From Nemertoderma westbladi (taxonomy: Eukaryota > Animalia > Xenacoelomorpha): DNA of 33,433 bases. Positions within the stretch are counted from its first letter, which is position 1. Each line of letters begins with the position of its first letter. The stretch covers positions 1 to 33,433 of the forward strand of contig JAUCBJ010001990.1 in NCBI GenBank assembly GCA_032718475.1. Reading direction: 5' to 3'. Position numbers and translations under genes: made by a program. Positions 10,875-23,400 of this stretch are shown piece after piece. The notes under the pieces were generated by a model. That model was not told the origin of the DNA. It made no database searches and saw nothing but the letters and a program-made list of their open reading frames with translations.

Positions 10875-11368
10875 CATAATCAAGTAACTCGCTAACAGAT
10901 GGTATACAAGTTAAAAACTTTTACTACGAAATCACGAAAACTTATCTGGATTAATAAATGTGTTACACCATAATTATATCATGGTGAAAATAAATACGGC
11001 CAGTGGTATAATGGTGATTTCAGTATAATATTTACACAATTGTTTAAAAGCAAATTAATAGATAGATATTTTTATTTGATTTCTCAAATATTTTAGGGTA
11101 AAACAATGCATTTCAAAGAAATTATTCTAGGTATTTCACATAGAATAGAGTGGATCAATTCCGCCACAAATAATTTAAAGGACAAACGCCCTTAACATGG
11201 TGTATTGATTGATGCTTTTATTCTTTTACCATAATAAAAATAAAGCAAATTTTTCATTTTTTTTACAGTGAAGGCGTGCCCCCTATACATATACAAGCCG
11301 TAAATTAAATCTAATTAGTAATCATATAATCAAGTAACTCGCTAACAGATGGTATACAAGTAAAAACT
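10875..11368. repeat. ~44-bp direct repeat pair (10876-10919, 11326-11368)
   Basis: ATAATCAAGTAACTCGCTAACAGATGGTATACAAGT(T)AAAAACT occurs twice. Confidence 0.8.
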
Positions 11369-12183
11369 GTTGTGTAGCATTTTTTGGCGGTTTGACGATT
11401 TCTGGAAATTTTAATCATTACACGGAAATATCTACAAGACATGGTTTGTTGTTCCAAAAATTTGGTTTATGATTAAATTAAAGCAAGCTTGTCCCTTAAA
11501 TTAATAGGAACATTAGAAATATCTGCATGCGGTTTTGTGATATAAGTATTTATTCCAAATTTATCGGTTGGTATATAATTAGTGCGGGAAGGAAGACACT
11601 GACTGATCTTTTAATTAAAATTATTATTTCATGGAGATTAATATAGAAATAAATTATAGTGAGCAGTCGTTATACAATCCAAATGAAACTAAGATTTCAT
11701 AGAGACGAGTACTATAATTACACAATGAACCGTAATATACAGTAGTGTCATTTTCTGATGACACGGACCCACCCCCAGATTTTTCTACAAATCTTTATAA
11801 TATTGCTTGAAATTTGAAACACCACTAGTTCCACTCACCGTCGTTGACCTCATGAAGCCGGAATTTTCGATTTTGCCTTAAATTTTTTTTATAAGCGTTT
11901 TAAAAGTGTCTTTTGCGAAATCGCACCCTCTGTATCGTGGCCATTCTTCACATTAGTCGTAATTTTATCATATCAATAGAAAACTTGCGAAGGATTCGAA
12001 TTATGTAACAATAACTGAATTTCGTTGAGAAACAGCTGAGATATCGGTGTTCAAAGATTGCAAGAATTATTGTTCGCTGCAGGCCATTTATTCTATTTAA
12101 TAAATACACAAAATTCTGGAACGTGTTATTTATTTTATGAGTTGGTAGGCAACAGCGGAATGCCTCTGGACGCAAATCCCGTC

Positions 12184-12408
12184 TTGGCGAAATAATACCC
12201 CGCCTCAATGTTAAATTCTCATTTTAGGGAAAGGAGCAGGTTATAGTGGCACGTTATTTTAACCAAAACAATAAACTAAACACAATAGAACAGGTTACAG
12301 TTTTATTTTTGAAAGTAATCAGCTGTTATTTGCGTCCAATTTCCCCTGGAGAGCGATTAATTTTTATTGCGTCCAGTCCCCCCCCCCCCCCCCCCCCTCC
12401 CCTATCTG
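12184..12408. repeat. Dispersed repeat ending in a poly-C run, copy B
   Basis: Direct repeat of 6873-7102. Confidence 0.85.
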
Positions 12409-12712
12409 ACTTTTGGAGGTGAAATAATTTTTTGCGCGCGATTTAATGTAGGAGGCCTTTAAAACCAAATGTAGGCCTATGCCATAAGAATGTCCAATAC
12501 AGATATAATTATATTACTTTTTGAAATATACTTTTTATGCCCTGTATTGTGTATAATTCCTTAAACGGTTAAATGCCCTAGGGGAGATATAATTTTATTA
12601 CATTTTATGCCAGCTGTACTTTTTTACTAATTTGCTCTGCAGTTCTCTATGTACACTACAGTAGGCCTACAAGACCACGTGCTGCGTCTTTTTGAGGAAG
12701 GTGATTCACACG

Positions 12713-12891
12713 CACTTCTCCAGTTTGTCGTTAGAGGGCGAATTGTCCGAAAGTGAAAACCCTCCTCCGTTTCCTTGATTTTAATCAGTATTCAACTGGC
12801 TGCTTATTTGTGGGACGGTACTCCATTTACACTTTCTACAGTTTGCCGGTAGAGGGCGAAATATCTGAAAGTGAAATCCTTCTCTCATTTC
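12713..12891 (+). promoter_or_regulatory. Tandem ~60-bp module (period ~118) with CTCF-like and GAAAGTGAAA (IRF/PRDM1-like) motifs
   Basis: CAGTTTGTCGTTAGAGGGCG..GAAAGTGAAA and CAGTTTGCCGGTAGAGGGCG..GAAAGTGAAA. The duplication is certain; the function is inferred from motif resemblance only. Confidence 0.4.
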
Positions 12892-14205
12892 GTTATTAGT
12901 TATCTGAAACTTTCCACATATACATGCTAGACCGTAGATCAACAGCAGGTTTCGTCTTTGTTGGGCAGTAATCCCTCGACAGTTCTCCAGTCTACCGCTA
13001 GTGGGATGGAATTAAAACATTTTAGAAACATATTCAGTGTGAAAAGAAAACCTTCAGGCCTTTCGTATTTTTATTCTATTGTTTATAATCATTTCTTCAT
13101 GATTGATACCTGCCATATATATTCTAGACCTCATATTGAGTTTTGTGAGGTGTTACATCGACAGCACTTACCCAGTCTGCTTGTGGTAAAGTGATTAGGT
13201 TACTTGCTTAGATTTTGCTTATAATTCTTTCGAGTTGACACTTAACATAAGTTTATGTCACGTGCTGCGCTAAGGCACCACTTCGTCTATAATCAGATCA
13301 TATTTAATTTCCGAAAATATTATCCTGAGAGAACAAGAACCCTGGGATGCACAGTAGATGATAGTGAACTTTGCTTGTTTGGTTAACTGTTCTCCTATTG
13401 AGCGGCAACAGCTCAATCTCTCGTCCCAGGAGTTTCATAACTTGCTCGCCATGCAGTATGCACTGTCAGCTGGTGCCGCATTATTGTCATTCGTAGAAGT
13501 GCAGCGAGAACCAGAGTGGTTAGGGAGGCGGATTCGCGGAATATGGCAACACAGACTGAGGCGTTGCTTGAATATAAGGAAGGATCATTGACGCCATATC
13601 ATACATTGACCGCAGCACTGCTGTATTTCCTGCAGAATCGGAAGTGTTCAATGCACGCAAGTACATGCATGAACAGCCAAAAGCCAAAAAAGTGTTAGGC
13701 GATTTATGTACTGTATGTGTACAGTAGGTACACTCCCTAATGCGACCTGACAACCCAGCTGGCCACCAATACTGATGTTACATACCTGGCAGTTGTTAAT
13801 AAACAAAAGGTGGTAATAGTATTTCACTTTCAGTCTCAGAGTTTAGTGTATCGCCTCGCCACTAGATGAGGTAAAAAAATATTTTATATTTAATGGGATG
13901 GGAACCCCTGACGGGATAAATTTATAAAACTAAACTAAACTGCAACAAAATAATTAGTTATATGGGTTGTTTAACTCACTCAACCCCGAACGTTAATCTT
14001 ACACATAAAATTGTGATTGGCAACCAATCACAATTTTATTATAAATTCTAAACCGATATATATACTGACTCATTTACAGTTAAAATAAAAGAAAAAACAA
14101 CTTCACATCACATGGTGACAATAAGAAGAAGGTCTATTATTGCAACAGTTAATTTCTTGATTAAATCGCGAATAAGAAAATATAAAATCCAGAATTAATT
14201 TATAT

Positions 14206-15108
14206 TCAAATATCGGCGTAAAAGAGAAGATCGTCGGGATGTAAGTCGGTGAAACCCCGATTGTATTCCTCCAAGAGTTTCAGCAACAACATCCGTTCCT
14301 TAACCCCGGACTCAGCTCGAATAATAGTCTCTCTCACCGCCCCCATGACGTGGGCGATCTTGGAGCGAGCTACCTCCACCAGTAGCGCCCCGACAGAGGC
14401 GCATTGCGCGGTGAGACACCGGATCTCGGCCGGGGTTGAACCCTCGCCCACCATCCCGAGAAGCAACTCGCAAACAGCCAAACCCAGAGCGTGTATTGGT
14501 TGATCAGCCAAGCGACAGCCTTGAAACAGCTGACAAATAAATGTAGCGAAGGCCAACCAACGGGGAGAGTTTGATTTACGAATCGAGAGATTCGATTTAA
14601 ACTCCTGCTGTAGGATATTGAGCAACTCGTTCCTAAACAGAACGTTTTCGTACGAAACTTCGAACAATCTCGCGCACATTTTCGCGCAGAATTCTGCTAG
14701 TTCGATGTTCTCTAAGGCGACTGAATGGAGGGCTGTAGCCAACTGTACTACATCGTTGGTACCGGTAATACTTTCCCTACAGATATCGGATAACTGCTCT
14801 GGGGAGTACTGCAACGTCCGGATTGCAACTATTGTTTGTGGTATAGTTAGCGAGAGTTTGGCGTCAGCGAGGGCCGGAGGGCTGATGGAAGGGGCGTTGG
14901 ATGTGGGGAGTTTGGGTCTACGGAGGTGTCCAGACCAGCCGCGTCCGCTAGCGGATGCGCTCGTTGCGTCGCCGGTTCCGCCGACATCCACGGCGATGGA
15001 TAAACCGTCGTAGGAACACTGGGGTTGGTTTAATCCACCTGGTAACGGCGCTCCGTCCAATAAGAATTTAAAGCCACGAGCTCGGCCGCGCGCCGCCATC
15101 GGAATCAT
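14206..15108 (-). CDS. MIF4G-domain protein, MIF4GD(SLIP1)/CTIF-like, intronless
   Basis: GC-rich 300-aa ORF. FRNELLNILQQEF...RWLAFATFICQLF...RMLLLKLLE...FY parallels the C-terminal MIF4G domain of CTIF/MIF4GD. N-terminal RGRARG and low-complexity region. Confidence 0.8.
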   Translation of the reverse strand: MIPMAARGRARGFKFLLDGAPLPGGLNQPQCSYDGLSIAVDVGGTGDATSASASGRGWSGHLRRPKLPTSNAPSISPPALADAKLSLTIPQTIVAIRTLQYSPEQLSDICRESITGTNDVVQLATALHSVALENIELAEFCAKMCARLFEVSYENVLFRNELLNILQQEFKSNLSIRKSNSPRWLAFATFICQLFQGCRLADQPIHALGLAVCELLLGMVGEGSTPAEIRCLTAQCASVGALLVEVARSKIAHVMGAVRETIIRAESGVKERMLLLKLLEEYNRGFTDLHPDDLLFYADI

Positions 15109-15801
15109 GCAAAATTTATATCCAATAGCACTGCAGTACCTGCTGACCTGTAGTACTGTAGTACAGCTGTGCAGCAGTAGGCCTACAGTCCAGCAGTCTG
15201 AAAGTAGAACCGGTTAATTAATTCGTTAAAAGGGTTAGGCCTAATAAAATACAGTACAGCAGTAAGCTACAGAAAAATTACAGTATTACTATTATTACCT
15301 ACGGAAGTATTGTCTAGTAGTATTATCTATGGAAGCCCATTACGGTCACCATGTGTATAAATATCAAAGATGTGTTTCAGATGCCAGAATTGCAAAAGAA
15401 TGTTCACAGTCCGCCAATTCAAACGTACAGCATGGCCGTAAAACCAATGATAAGTTTTTAAAGATATAATTTGTAAATTTACATCAGCACTTTTGCCACC
15501 TGCTGTAAAATTTTGTCACTGCTGTGAATTTAGAACTGATGTAATTTTGAGATTATTTTAGGAAATATACACTCATAAATACATTAGTGTTGAAAAACAC
15601 ATTTGTGTTTTTAAAAATATCATTTGTAAATTCACATCAGGTCTTGCTACCTGCTGTAAATATTGTCATTGCTGTGAATTTACAACTGATGTAATTTTGA
15701 AATTAGTCTGTTAGTCACGCTTTATAATCTGGTTAAAATTAACCTCAACAAACAATAATCCGAATGTCATTTGTAGTTTTTACTTTTCGGCTGTTCAGCA
15801 G

Positions 15802-17042
15802 TATTGTTCGCGCTTTTTGACCTTTAGCAGTTTAACCTGCCAATTTTCATTGTCTTTTTGTATATCAATTATTTAATGTACTGAAGTTACATCAGCCGAG
15901 GCCAGCCTGTGCGCGACCATTCACCCACAGTTAAAAGAGACTGGATTCGGATGCTTTGATAGTGATTGCAGTGTAGACCTACTGTATTATTCGATTGATC
16001 GTTAATATATAATCTCTGACAATATATTTACTTTCGGGGAAATATTAACAGTTCCTTTAGGACGTGGCGCTTTAAGTATAAAACAGAGTTATGACTTATA
16101 CTAATCACAACTGGATGGCTACTGAGTTTCGTAAAAGGCGCATTCTTTAGGAGATGCTTTATTAACCTTCACACTACTTCACACTAGTTCACACTACTGC
16201 GCACTGATCTGCCGACCGTCACTGAATTTGATCATATATAAGGAGGATCGCAACTGACACATGTAGGGATTATGAAATAGCATTCAATTCACACAAAAAC
16301 CACTATAATGTAAGTCGCAGTTGCTGCCGGTAAACCTGTTCCTCTAACCTTTAGTAATCAAGAAGATTGAGGGTTTTATGATTATTCATCGGTATTCTCC
16401 AAATATATCAGCAATATACACCAACATAACACCAAGTAATAACAGAATCAAATAATGCGGTGAACAGTCAGTATGTGTTACTTATGCAGTGTTCCATGTG
16501 CAGCAATGCATGTATTGCGGTGTGATGCGGTAGTTGAATCGCGTTGCGTAGTGCCGCGTTGTTTCAGTGATTCAGATATGAAGTATGATTCAGCAATGAT
16601 TCAGTTAATAGTTTTACGTTCTTGTAATCAAAGCCATCTGATGTTTCTGATGTTTAGGTCAAAGTCTGAAACTTCTACAGAAGTACAGAAGAATCTCTAA
16701 GCCGATGTTCGGAGGCTCAGAAAAGGTAAACAAAGACCGTAATGCATTGCGCGGTTTTCCGTAGGCCTCTGTACAAGATAAAATGAAAATCGCTCTGATT
16801 GGCTGAGCTGAGCGAGCTGAACAAAGAGATGTGCCACGTTTACAGTAAATCAGCTGACAGATTTCGTCATCTGAGTTACAGTCTTTAGAGTATTAAGCGC
16901 ATTGCGGAGAAAATGGCTTGTTATGTCCACTAAAACACCTTCACGGTACATTGCGGAGAAAATGGCTTGTTATGTCCGCTAAAACACCTACACAGTATAT
17001 TGCGGAGAAAAATGACCTGTTATATCCGCAAAAGCTTTTACA
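15802..17042 (-). repeat. 3' LTR (confidently aligned core; may extend to 15709)
   Basis: Colinear with 30524-31706; starts TGTAAA on the minus strand; three ~49-bp tandem units at 16902-17042. Confidence 0.9.
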
Positions 17043-17050
17043 CCGCTCCC
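17043..17050 (-). other. Polypurine tract
   Basis: Minus strand GGGAGCGG lies directly before the TGTAAA of the 3' LTR. Confidence 0.6.
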
Positions 17051-17577
17051 AGAAAATGGGATTTAATTCTATAAAATATAAAAAATCACAGTTTCTAAAA
17101 TATATAAATACTCTAAACAGTTAGTCCTTCTTACGCTAACGGCGTTTACGCAGTTTTTTGAGGCTAGCGAGAGTCCTTTTCTCTTTGGGGCGAGCCACTT
17201 TACTAGGAGGGCTATAACTCCTGGGTGAAGGGTGCAATACAATTGCACCGGAAGGTTTAGGATGACGGTCGGTGTATCTGCCGGTCGAGGTACTCGGTTG
17301 ATCGGTATCAACCTCAGTGGAACGAGGTCGAACAACCTTCAGAGCGCGTTTCAAGACAGCAGCTCTTACTGGTCCCCGACGATTCGTCTGCACAAGAGCG
17401 GTAGGTGGACCGTGTGTAGTGAGAAATTTCCTCGGTTTGATTGTTCTTTCCGACTCGCGTTCTCGGGCTCTGTCGAAATCGATATGCTTCTCTCGAGCTG
17501 ATTTTCCTCCGCTTGTCGTTGGAAGCATTCGTCTAAAACTCGTTTAGAGAGTAGGGTCTTCCAAGTTCGATATCTTC

Positions 17578-18671
17578 TTAGAGATTCTGGATTTCCCGAT
17601 CGAACTGAGATAAAGCTAATTCGTTTACCGCTTGGACTTGCTGCTGCAATTTACATTTCTCTAAACAATCGTAGGTTCCTTTTCCGATCTTTTGTCGAAT
17701 AGTGTCTAACGCGTTGCGTACAACTCTCTCCTCCACCTCGGTGACAGGTTGTATCGGGGTTAAACCGGGACGATTATACGGGTTTAACGGCAATATTAAA
17801 TGTCCGCGTCCCAATCCGGCTAGGTAGGATGGTCGAATATCTAGGGAGCCCACAACCGGAGTGCCACCGACTAATTGTTCGGGTAACACTAGATCTTTGA
17901 ACAATGAGTACAGCTCAGGAGGATCCGTCATACTATTAGGATCAAGAGTATGAGGTTTCACCAGGGAATGAGGAGATCTGACTGAGTATTCCGGAACTCT
18001 GATCATAGGTTTATTTAAGGATTGTTTGAGTCGAGCGAGTGTGGGTGATACATCGAACAAGTTTCGCTCGAAACTCCCGTAAATATAGCGAGTAAAACTG
18101 TGTTTAGCGCAACGTCTCCGCGGATGTTTGTCTTTCCATTTGTTGGTTGGGTCTAGGGCATTCATCGTAATAATACCAAAGACGCACATCTTGTAGGGGA
18201 AACGCGGGTGATCTTTCTCCAGTTTTACAATGTCTCTCTCAAGAATTCCAAATATACGTTGAAGTCACTGCGTTTAAACGGTTCTTTAACGTCTTCTCTT
18301 TCGAGTTGGTTTCGAATAGAATTTTCGTGTTCGATTCTCAGTTTGTCGTTCCGACTCCACTGGGTATGATATTTAAAGAGGATCATTTCCCTTTCAGTGT
18401 CTACATCGTCCATATCGTGTAAATCGATAGGATGGCCAGTAGTTAAGAAGTCCATATACGTACCATTACGATGCGTATAGCGAGCGGTGAATTTTCTATA
18501 GTCCAATTCACGCGTGAGTTGTTCCTTTGATATTGGCAGTTCGATATAACGGCCATCGTCCTCCGTAGTGGGTGGACTAGCGTCGCCGCGTATTAAACTA
18601 TCAACAAACGCTTGCAATGGTAGGGTATATCGCTCCCTGATACCAAGATCATCTTCTATTAACTCAGTCAT
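17578..18671 (-). CDS. Unknown accessory coding region of the Bel/Pao element in env position (148 aa + 203 aa, probably one frameshifted gene; may continue to ~17136)
   Basis: GC-balanced open frames between AT-rich spacers, on the same strand as gag-pol. The second frame is open upstream and overlaps the end of the first. No recognisable domain. Confidence 0.55.
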
Positions 18672-19484
18672 AGCTGCTATATGAGTTTATCAATATTATA
18701 ATTCATTATAATTTAGGCTAGCGGTCGTTGCTGCCTCCCCCTCAATGCCCCCGGACAGCGCAAGCTCCTCAGCGCTGATGTACTGTCGCCGCTGTGTCTA
18801 TCGCCAACATAGTAGCTACACAACGACAACAACAACCAGCGCGAGTCACTCCACTGTCCGTCCCAAGGGCTTAGATTTACTTCAGGTTCTTACTGCAGAG
18901 GTAGGGCTACTTTCACAACTGCGACTCGCTACTGTAAACACACTTTAGTAGTAACATTCACCTTAAATGCACAAATTCCACACAACTGTCACAAATTGTA
19001 CACATTCGGGCCATTTGTCCGTTAGTCAAATGCCTTCCAGAATGCCACGTTATTATTATGTATCCCTGGATACTAGCAGTGCGCTATTTATTCCGTATGC
19101 TATTCAATGGGGCAAGCTTTTTATTGTTCTTTTAACTCACTTCTAATTCTAGTGTGGTGGTTGCCATGGTGACATTATGGAAAGCTAGCAGTAGAATTAG
19201 GGTAATTCTCATGCATACAGATCTGGGATGCTATTTAATAGTAATTCTTTAATTGTCAATATTCCCCCTTATACATGATTTTATGAATTTTATCGGCTAT
19301 TGACTATATATTGGAGATTCTCGCACACTAATACACTTAATAGGGTGAATCTCTGCTCCCATGATCTATTAATTAATGGAATTTTGGGAATATTATAAAT
19401 TGTATAAAGTAACAATTTATCAAATTCATGAGACGATATGAATTTAAATTTATTCCCGTAAATTTCATTATTTAATATTAAATA

Positions 19485-19864
19485 GGCACAATTTTATTCC
19501 AGAGCATGTCTGGGGACTGGGATCCTTGATTCTAGGAAATTTGTCCTTTTAAGAGTATCAGTGAGTACTACGATATCTTAATCGACTAGAATTTTTAAAG
19601 GATCTAAATTTTAACAGATTTTGATTTATAGATTTTCTTGGTTTACAAACTCCTTAGAGTTTATTTGTATGCATTATAACATTTGTTTTAATAGATTTTA
19701 TAAATATTAACTATGTAATATTTAAGATGGGCACCGATTTATTCCAGAACATGTCTGGGGACATTAACCATTGATTCTAGAATTTTGTCTTTCAAGAATA
19801 TCGGTGGGTGCCGCGATATCTTAATCGACTAGAATTACAGATGGTCAAAGGGTTTAACAGATTT
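19485..19864. repeat. Diverged ~135-bp direct repeat (19485-19621, 19730-19864) in the post-integrase spacer
   Basis: Shared blocks TTTATTCCAGA.CATGTCTGGGGAC, TTGATTCTAG, CGATATCTTAATCGACTAGAATT and TTTAACAGATTT. Confidence 0.8.
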
Positions 19865-20399
19865 ATTTTGCGTTGTACGCTACTGTTAAAGGGACATCAC
19901 ACTACTATATGTATTATTTAATATACGGTATGAGAGCAATATTGCAAGAAGCAATGTCAGTGAGAAGAGGCAAGTCATTTCCAAGGTCTACCCAGAGCTT
20001 GGTTTAGCCGAGACATGAGGATCTGAACTTTGCATTCCTAATACTCTACTTACCAATAATACTTGAGTATAGTAGGAGCTTTATTGTACTTTAATAAGTA
20101 CGGATATTTCATCTTACTGTAGTCACGCATTTATAATATGATACGGACAGTAAGGAAAGAGAAAAAGAATTATTTCTCGCCGTCGCACTAAATATATATA
20201 ATATAAGTAATTAAGTAATAAACGCAAATATATATTGCACTAATTCTACTAAATAATCGCTAATATAACATTCTACTAAATAAAATTAAAGAAAACGATT
20301 ATTATAAAATTACATAATAATACATACCTAAATATAAAAATAATAAAAAACGAATATAAAATAATATGGTCACACACCCACTCCAGACGCTGTTACGTT

Positions 20400-20445
20400 A
20401 CTACTACTAGGATCGGCATGCTGCATTGCAGCTGCATTTTTAAGA
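20400..20445 (-). mobile_element. 46-bp 3'-end-only insertion of the RTE-like LINE
   Basis: Exact reverse complement of the LINE end TCTTAAAAATGCAGCTGCAATGCAGCATGCCGATCCTAGTAGTAGT; perfect 13-bp TSD ACGCTGTTACGTT (20387-20399, 20446-20458). Confidence 0.95.
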
Positions 20446-20451
20446 ACGCTG

Positions 20452-23400
20452 TTACGTTGGGGAGTCCCTAGATGTTTGTTGGATTAGGGAGGTGGTCGTG
20501 GGAAGAGTATCTTGCCTTCCATAGTTTCCGGACAGTTCTCTGTCTCTTTCCAGTAAACATAAACGACCAACTGGGCGATTGAGCTGCTGTGTCTCGAAGA
20601 CAATTCCCGGTTTTTTAAAGTTACGTCGCATGACGACGAGTTCTACCGATCGCACCAAACCATCATCTGAGATATGAGTCTCGATGATACGACCTGTCTG
20701 CCACCGCTTACGTGGAAGATCTGACTCCACAATAAGGACCATGTCTCCTGCGCTGACGTTTTCTTGCTGCGCAAACCACTTAGTTCGAAGTTGTAGCGTA
20801 GGCAGATAATGTTTTTCGAAATGGTCAGCGAAACGACGGGATAACAACTGCATAAGTTGCCAAGTTTGCCGGCAGTATTCGTCTCCGTCCGCGATTTCCA
20901 ATCGTGGGAGCATGGCTACAGGTTTCTTCAGTAGGAAGTGCGCAGGTGTTAGCGCTTCCAGGGAATCGGGACTCGATGAGACTGGGATAAGCGGTCTCTC
21001 GTTGAGATAGGCGGCGATTTCGTCCATTAACGTCCGCAAAAGTTCGTCGGTGAGATACGCGCGGCACGGCACTATAAAGTGAAATGCGGTCTTCACGCTC
21101 CTGATTAATCTCTCCCAACTTCCTCCCCACCAAGGGGCGTCAGCGGCGTTGAAGGTCCAGCTAGACGCTGTTACCTTTAGCTGATCGTACACCTGTCTTT
21201 GGTTCCAATCGTTGACGTAAGCCTTGATTTCATTGTTGGCACCAATGAAGTTCGTTCCCTTATCAGATCTCATCGTGTTACTAGTTCCAAAGCGAGCGAT
21301 CTGTCGGCGTAAGCTCAATATGAAGCTATTGGTAGATAAATCGTTCACCATATCGAGATGGATAGCTCTACAAGTCATACAGACAAAGATGACACACCAT
21401 CTCTTGACTATAGTCCTATCACGATATACTTCAATAGGGCCAAATAAATCCACACCGGTATTTGTGAAGGGTGGTTCATAGAAGCTTACTCATTCCCTAG
21501 GTAATTCTGCCTCTCGCTGTGTTAAAGGCCTACTGAATGCTTTCCTACAGGGTATGCAGTTCCTAAGAACTTGGTTCAGAGCTCTACGGGGTTTATGAAA
21601 ATAATAGCGAGTTCGAATTTCGCTAAGAACTCGTTCTCTACCAGCATGATAAAGCTTACTGTGAACATCTAGAATCATCTTGATTTGTATTTCAAGATTT
21701 CTAATGAGTATGGGAAACTTGGTGTCAAAGGATAATGGAGCATTAGTTAGTCTTCCTCCAACGCGTATTAACCCATCTATCATTGTGCTAGAGAAACGAT
21801 CCCTTAAGCGCATCTGTGGATTTCTCAACAACAGGAAATACTTATCGGAATCCTCATAGCATTGCAGGAGTCTCAGTATCTGCTTATTTGTTTCTTCATG
21901 CTCCTGGTAACTGATCCTTTCCTTCAAAAATCTGTCTGATATCTTGTATTTGGGAAGATCTTTAACAACATGGACCTGAGCAGATGTCAGTGGAGCAGTA
22001 TCACTAGTGGTCTTCGTCCTGGAGTAGTGATGATGAAAACATCGCTTTAAATATGTAACGGCCTTACAAAGCCGATTCCAGGAACTATAGTGATGTATCG
22101 CTCTCTGCAGGAGAGGTGAGAGTCCTTGCGAGACATCTGGTGTTCCAGATTTCCAATCTCTCTCTCTGATTTCCACAACAGACTTATTTGTGGCTGGGGG
22201 TTTTGGATCCAAAGTGTCGTCTCCGGAAGTGTGTAATACAGACAGATCTATCACGGGTTTAAATAACTTCGATTTACTCGCCCGGGTTTTAGGTTTGACT
22301 TTCTCCGCTCCCTTAGCTTGTCTAATCTCCGTCGTAGTAAGATGAGGAGGCCATTCATCCTCTTCTTTGCTTAGGAAGTCGGGTCCACCTAACCAGTCTG
22401 GAGTATCTATCAGTTCTTGTGGAGTTGCTCCCCTGGAGGCGATGTCGGCTGGATTAATCATCCCAGGGCAATGTCTCCATTGATCTATCTTCGTGCGACT
22501 AAGTATAATGGCTACTCTGTTGGTAACGAAGACGCTGAACTGACAGACTTCATTGGTTATATACTCCAACATGAGTAAAGCATCGGTCCAATAGACAGTT
22601 TTCTCCAGTGGATAGTCGATCTGTTCTGTTACATTCCGGCCGATGGCTGTAGCGTATAGAGCCGCTTTTAACTCCGCTCGAGGAACTTTCAACTTGTTGT
22701 TTATCAAGGCCTTAGAGGTAACCAAGGTGACCTTAATTCCATCCGGAGTTTCAACTCTCAGGTAGGCTACTATACCTATTCCCATATCACTGGCGTCTCC
22801 AAACACATGGAGTTGATAGGAATACGTGGGGAGAATGTGACCAAAATATGAACGGGAAATTATAAAGTTCTCGATGGATGGTAGAGAATCTTCCCATTTC
22901 ATCCACTTCTTTAATAGTTCTCCCTTAAGTGTATCGTCCCATAAGTGGTTTTCAAGCCACATTTGTTGTACTAAACTCCGAGCAATCAATATAACTGGGC
23001 TAATAAATCCCAATGGATCGAAATAAGTGCTCAGGATACTTAGACAAATCCGTTTAGTCCGAATTGGATTATCTCGCTGTTTTAGCTGGAAAAACAGGAT
23101 ATCTCTCTCGGTGTCCCATTTCAAACCAAGCGTATTGGTTTCTGGAAGATCGTCCTTGATAAGGTCTAGATCTTTAACTCCTCGGTCTTCTACCGGGATC
23201 GATTCCAGAAATTCACGGGAGTTACTGGTGAATTTAGTTAATCGAAATCCACCTCTTTTCAAGCACTCTACCGTTCCTTTGGCGACATCAATGGCTTCTT
23301 CCACCGATGGGAGGGACTTTAAATTGTCGTCCATGTATATATCCCGTTTGATGTTGTCGATAACCTCTTTAGAGAAGGCATCCCGGTTGTCATCAGCAGT

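Noticed and set aside
11720-12100. Possible additional MITE
   Set aside because: Repeat-like wording, but I could not find a matching TIR or TSD.
13358-13753. Short ORFs as possible exons
   Set aside because: No recognisable domain or consistent splice structure; cannot be supported.
14249-15013. Plus-strand ORFs opposite the MIF4G gene
   Set aside because: Antisense shadows in GC-rich coding DNA.
16902-17042. CRISPR-like array (also 31536-31706)
   Set aside because: Head-to-tail tandem units without unique spacers, inside eukaryotic LTRs, with no cas genes.
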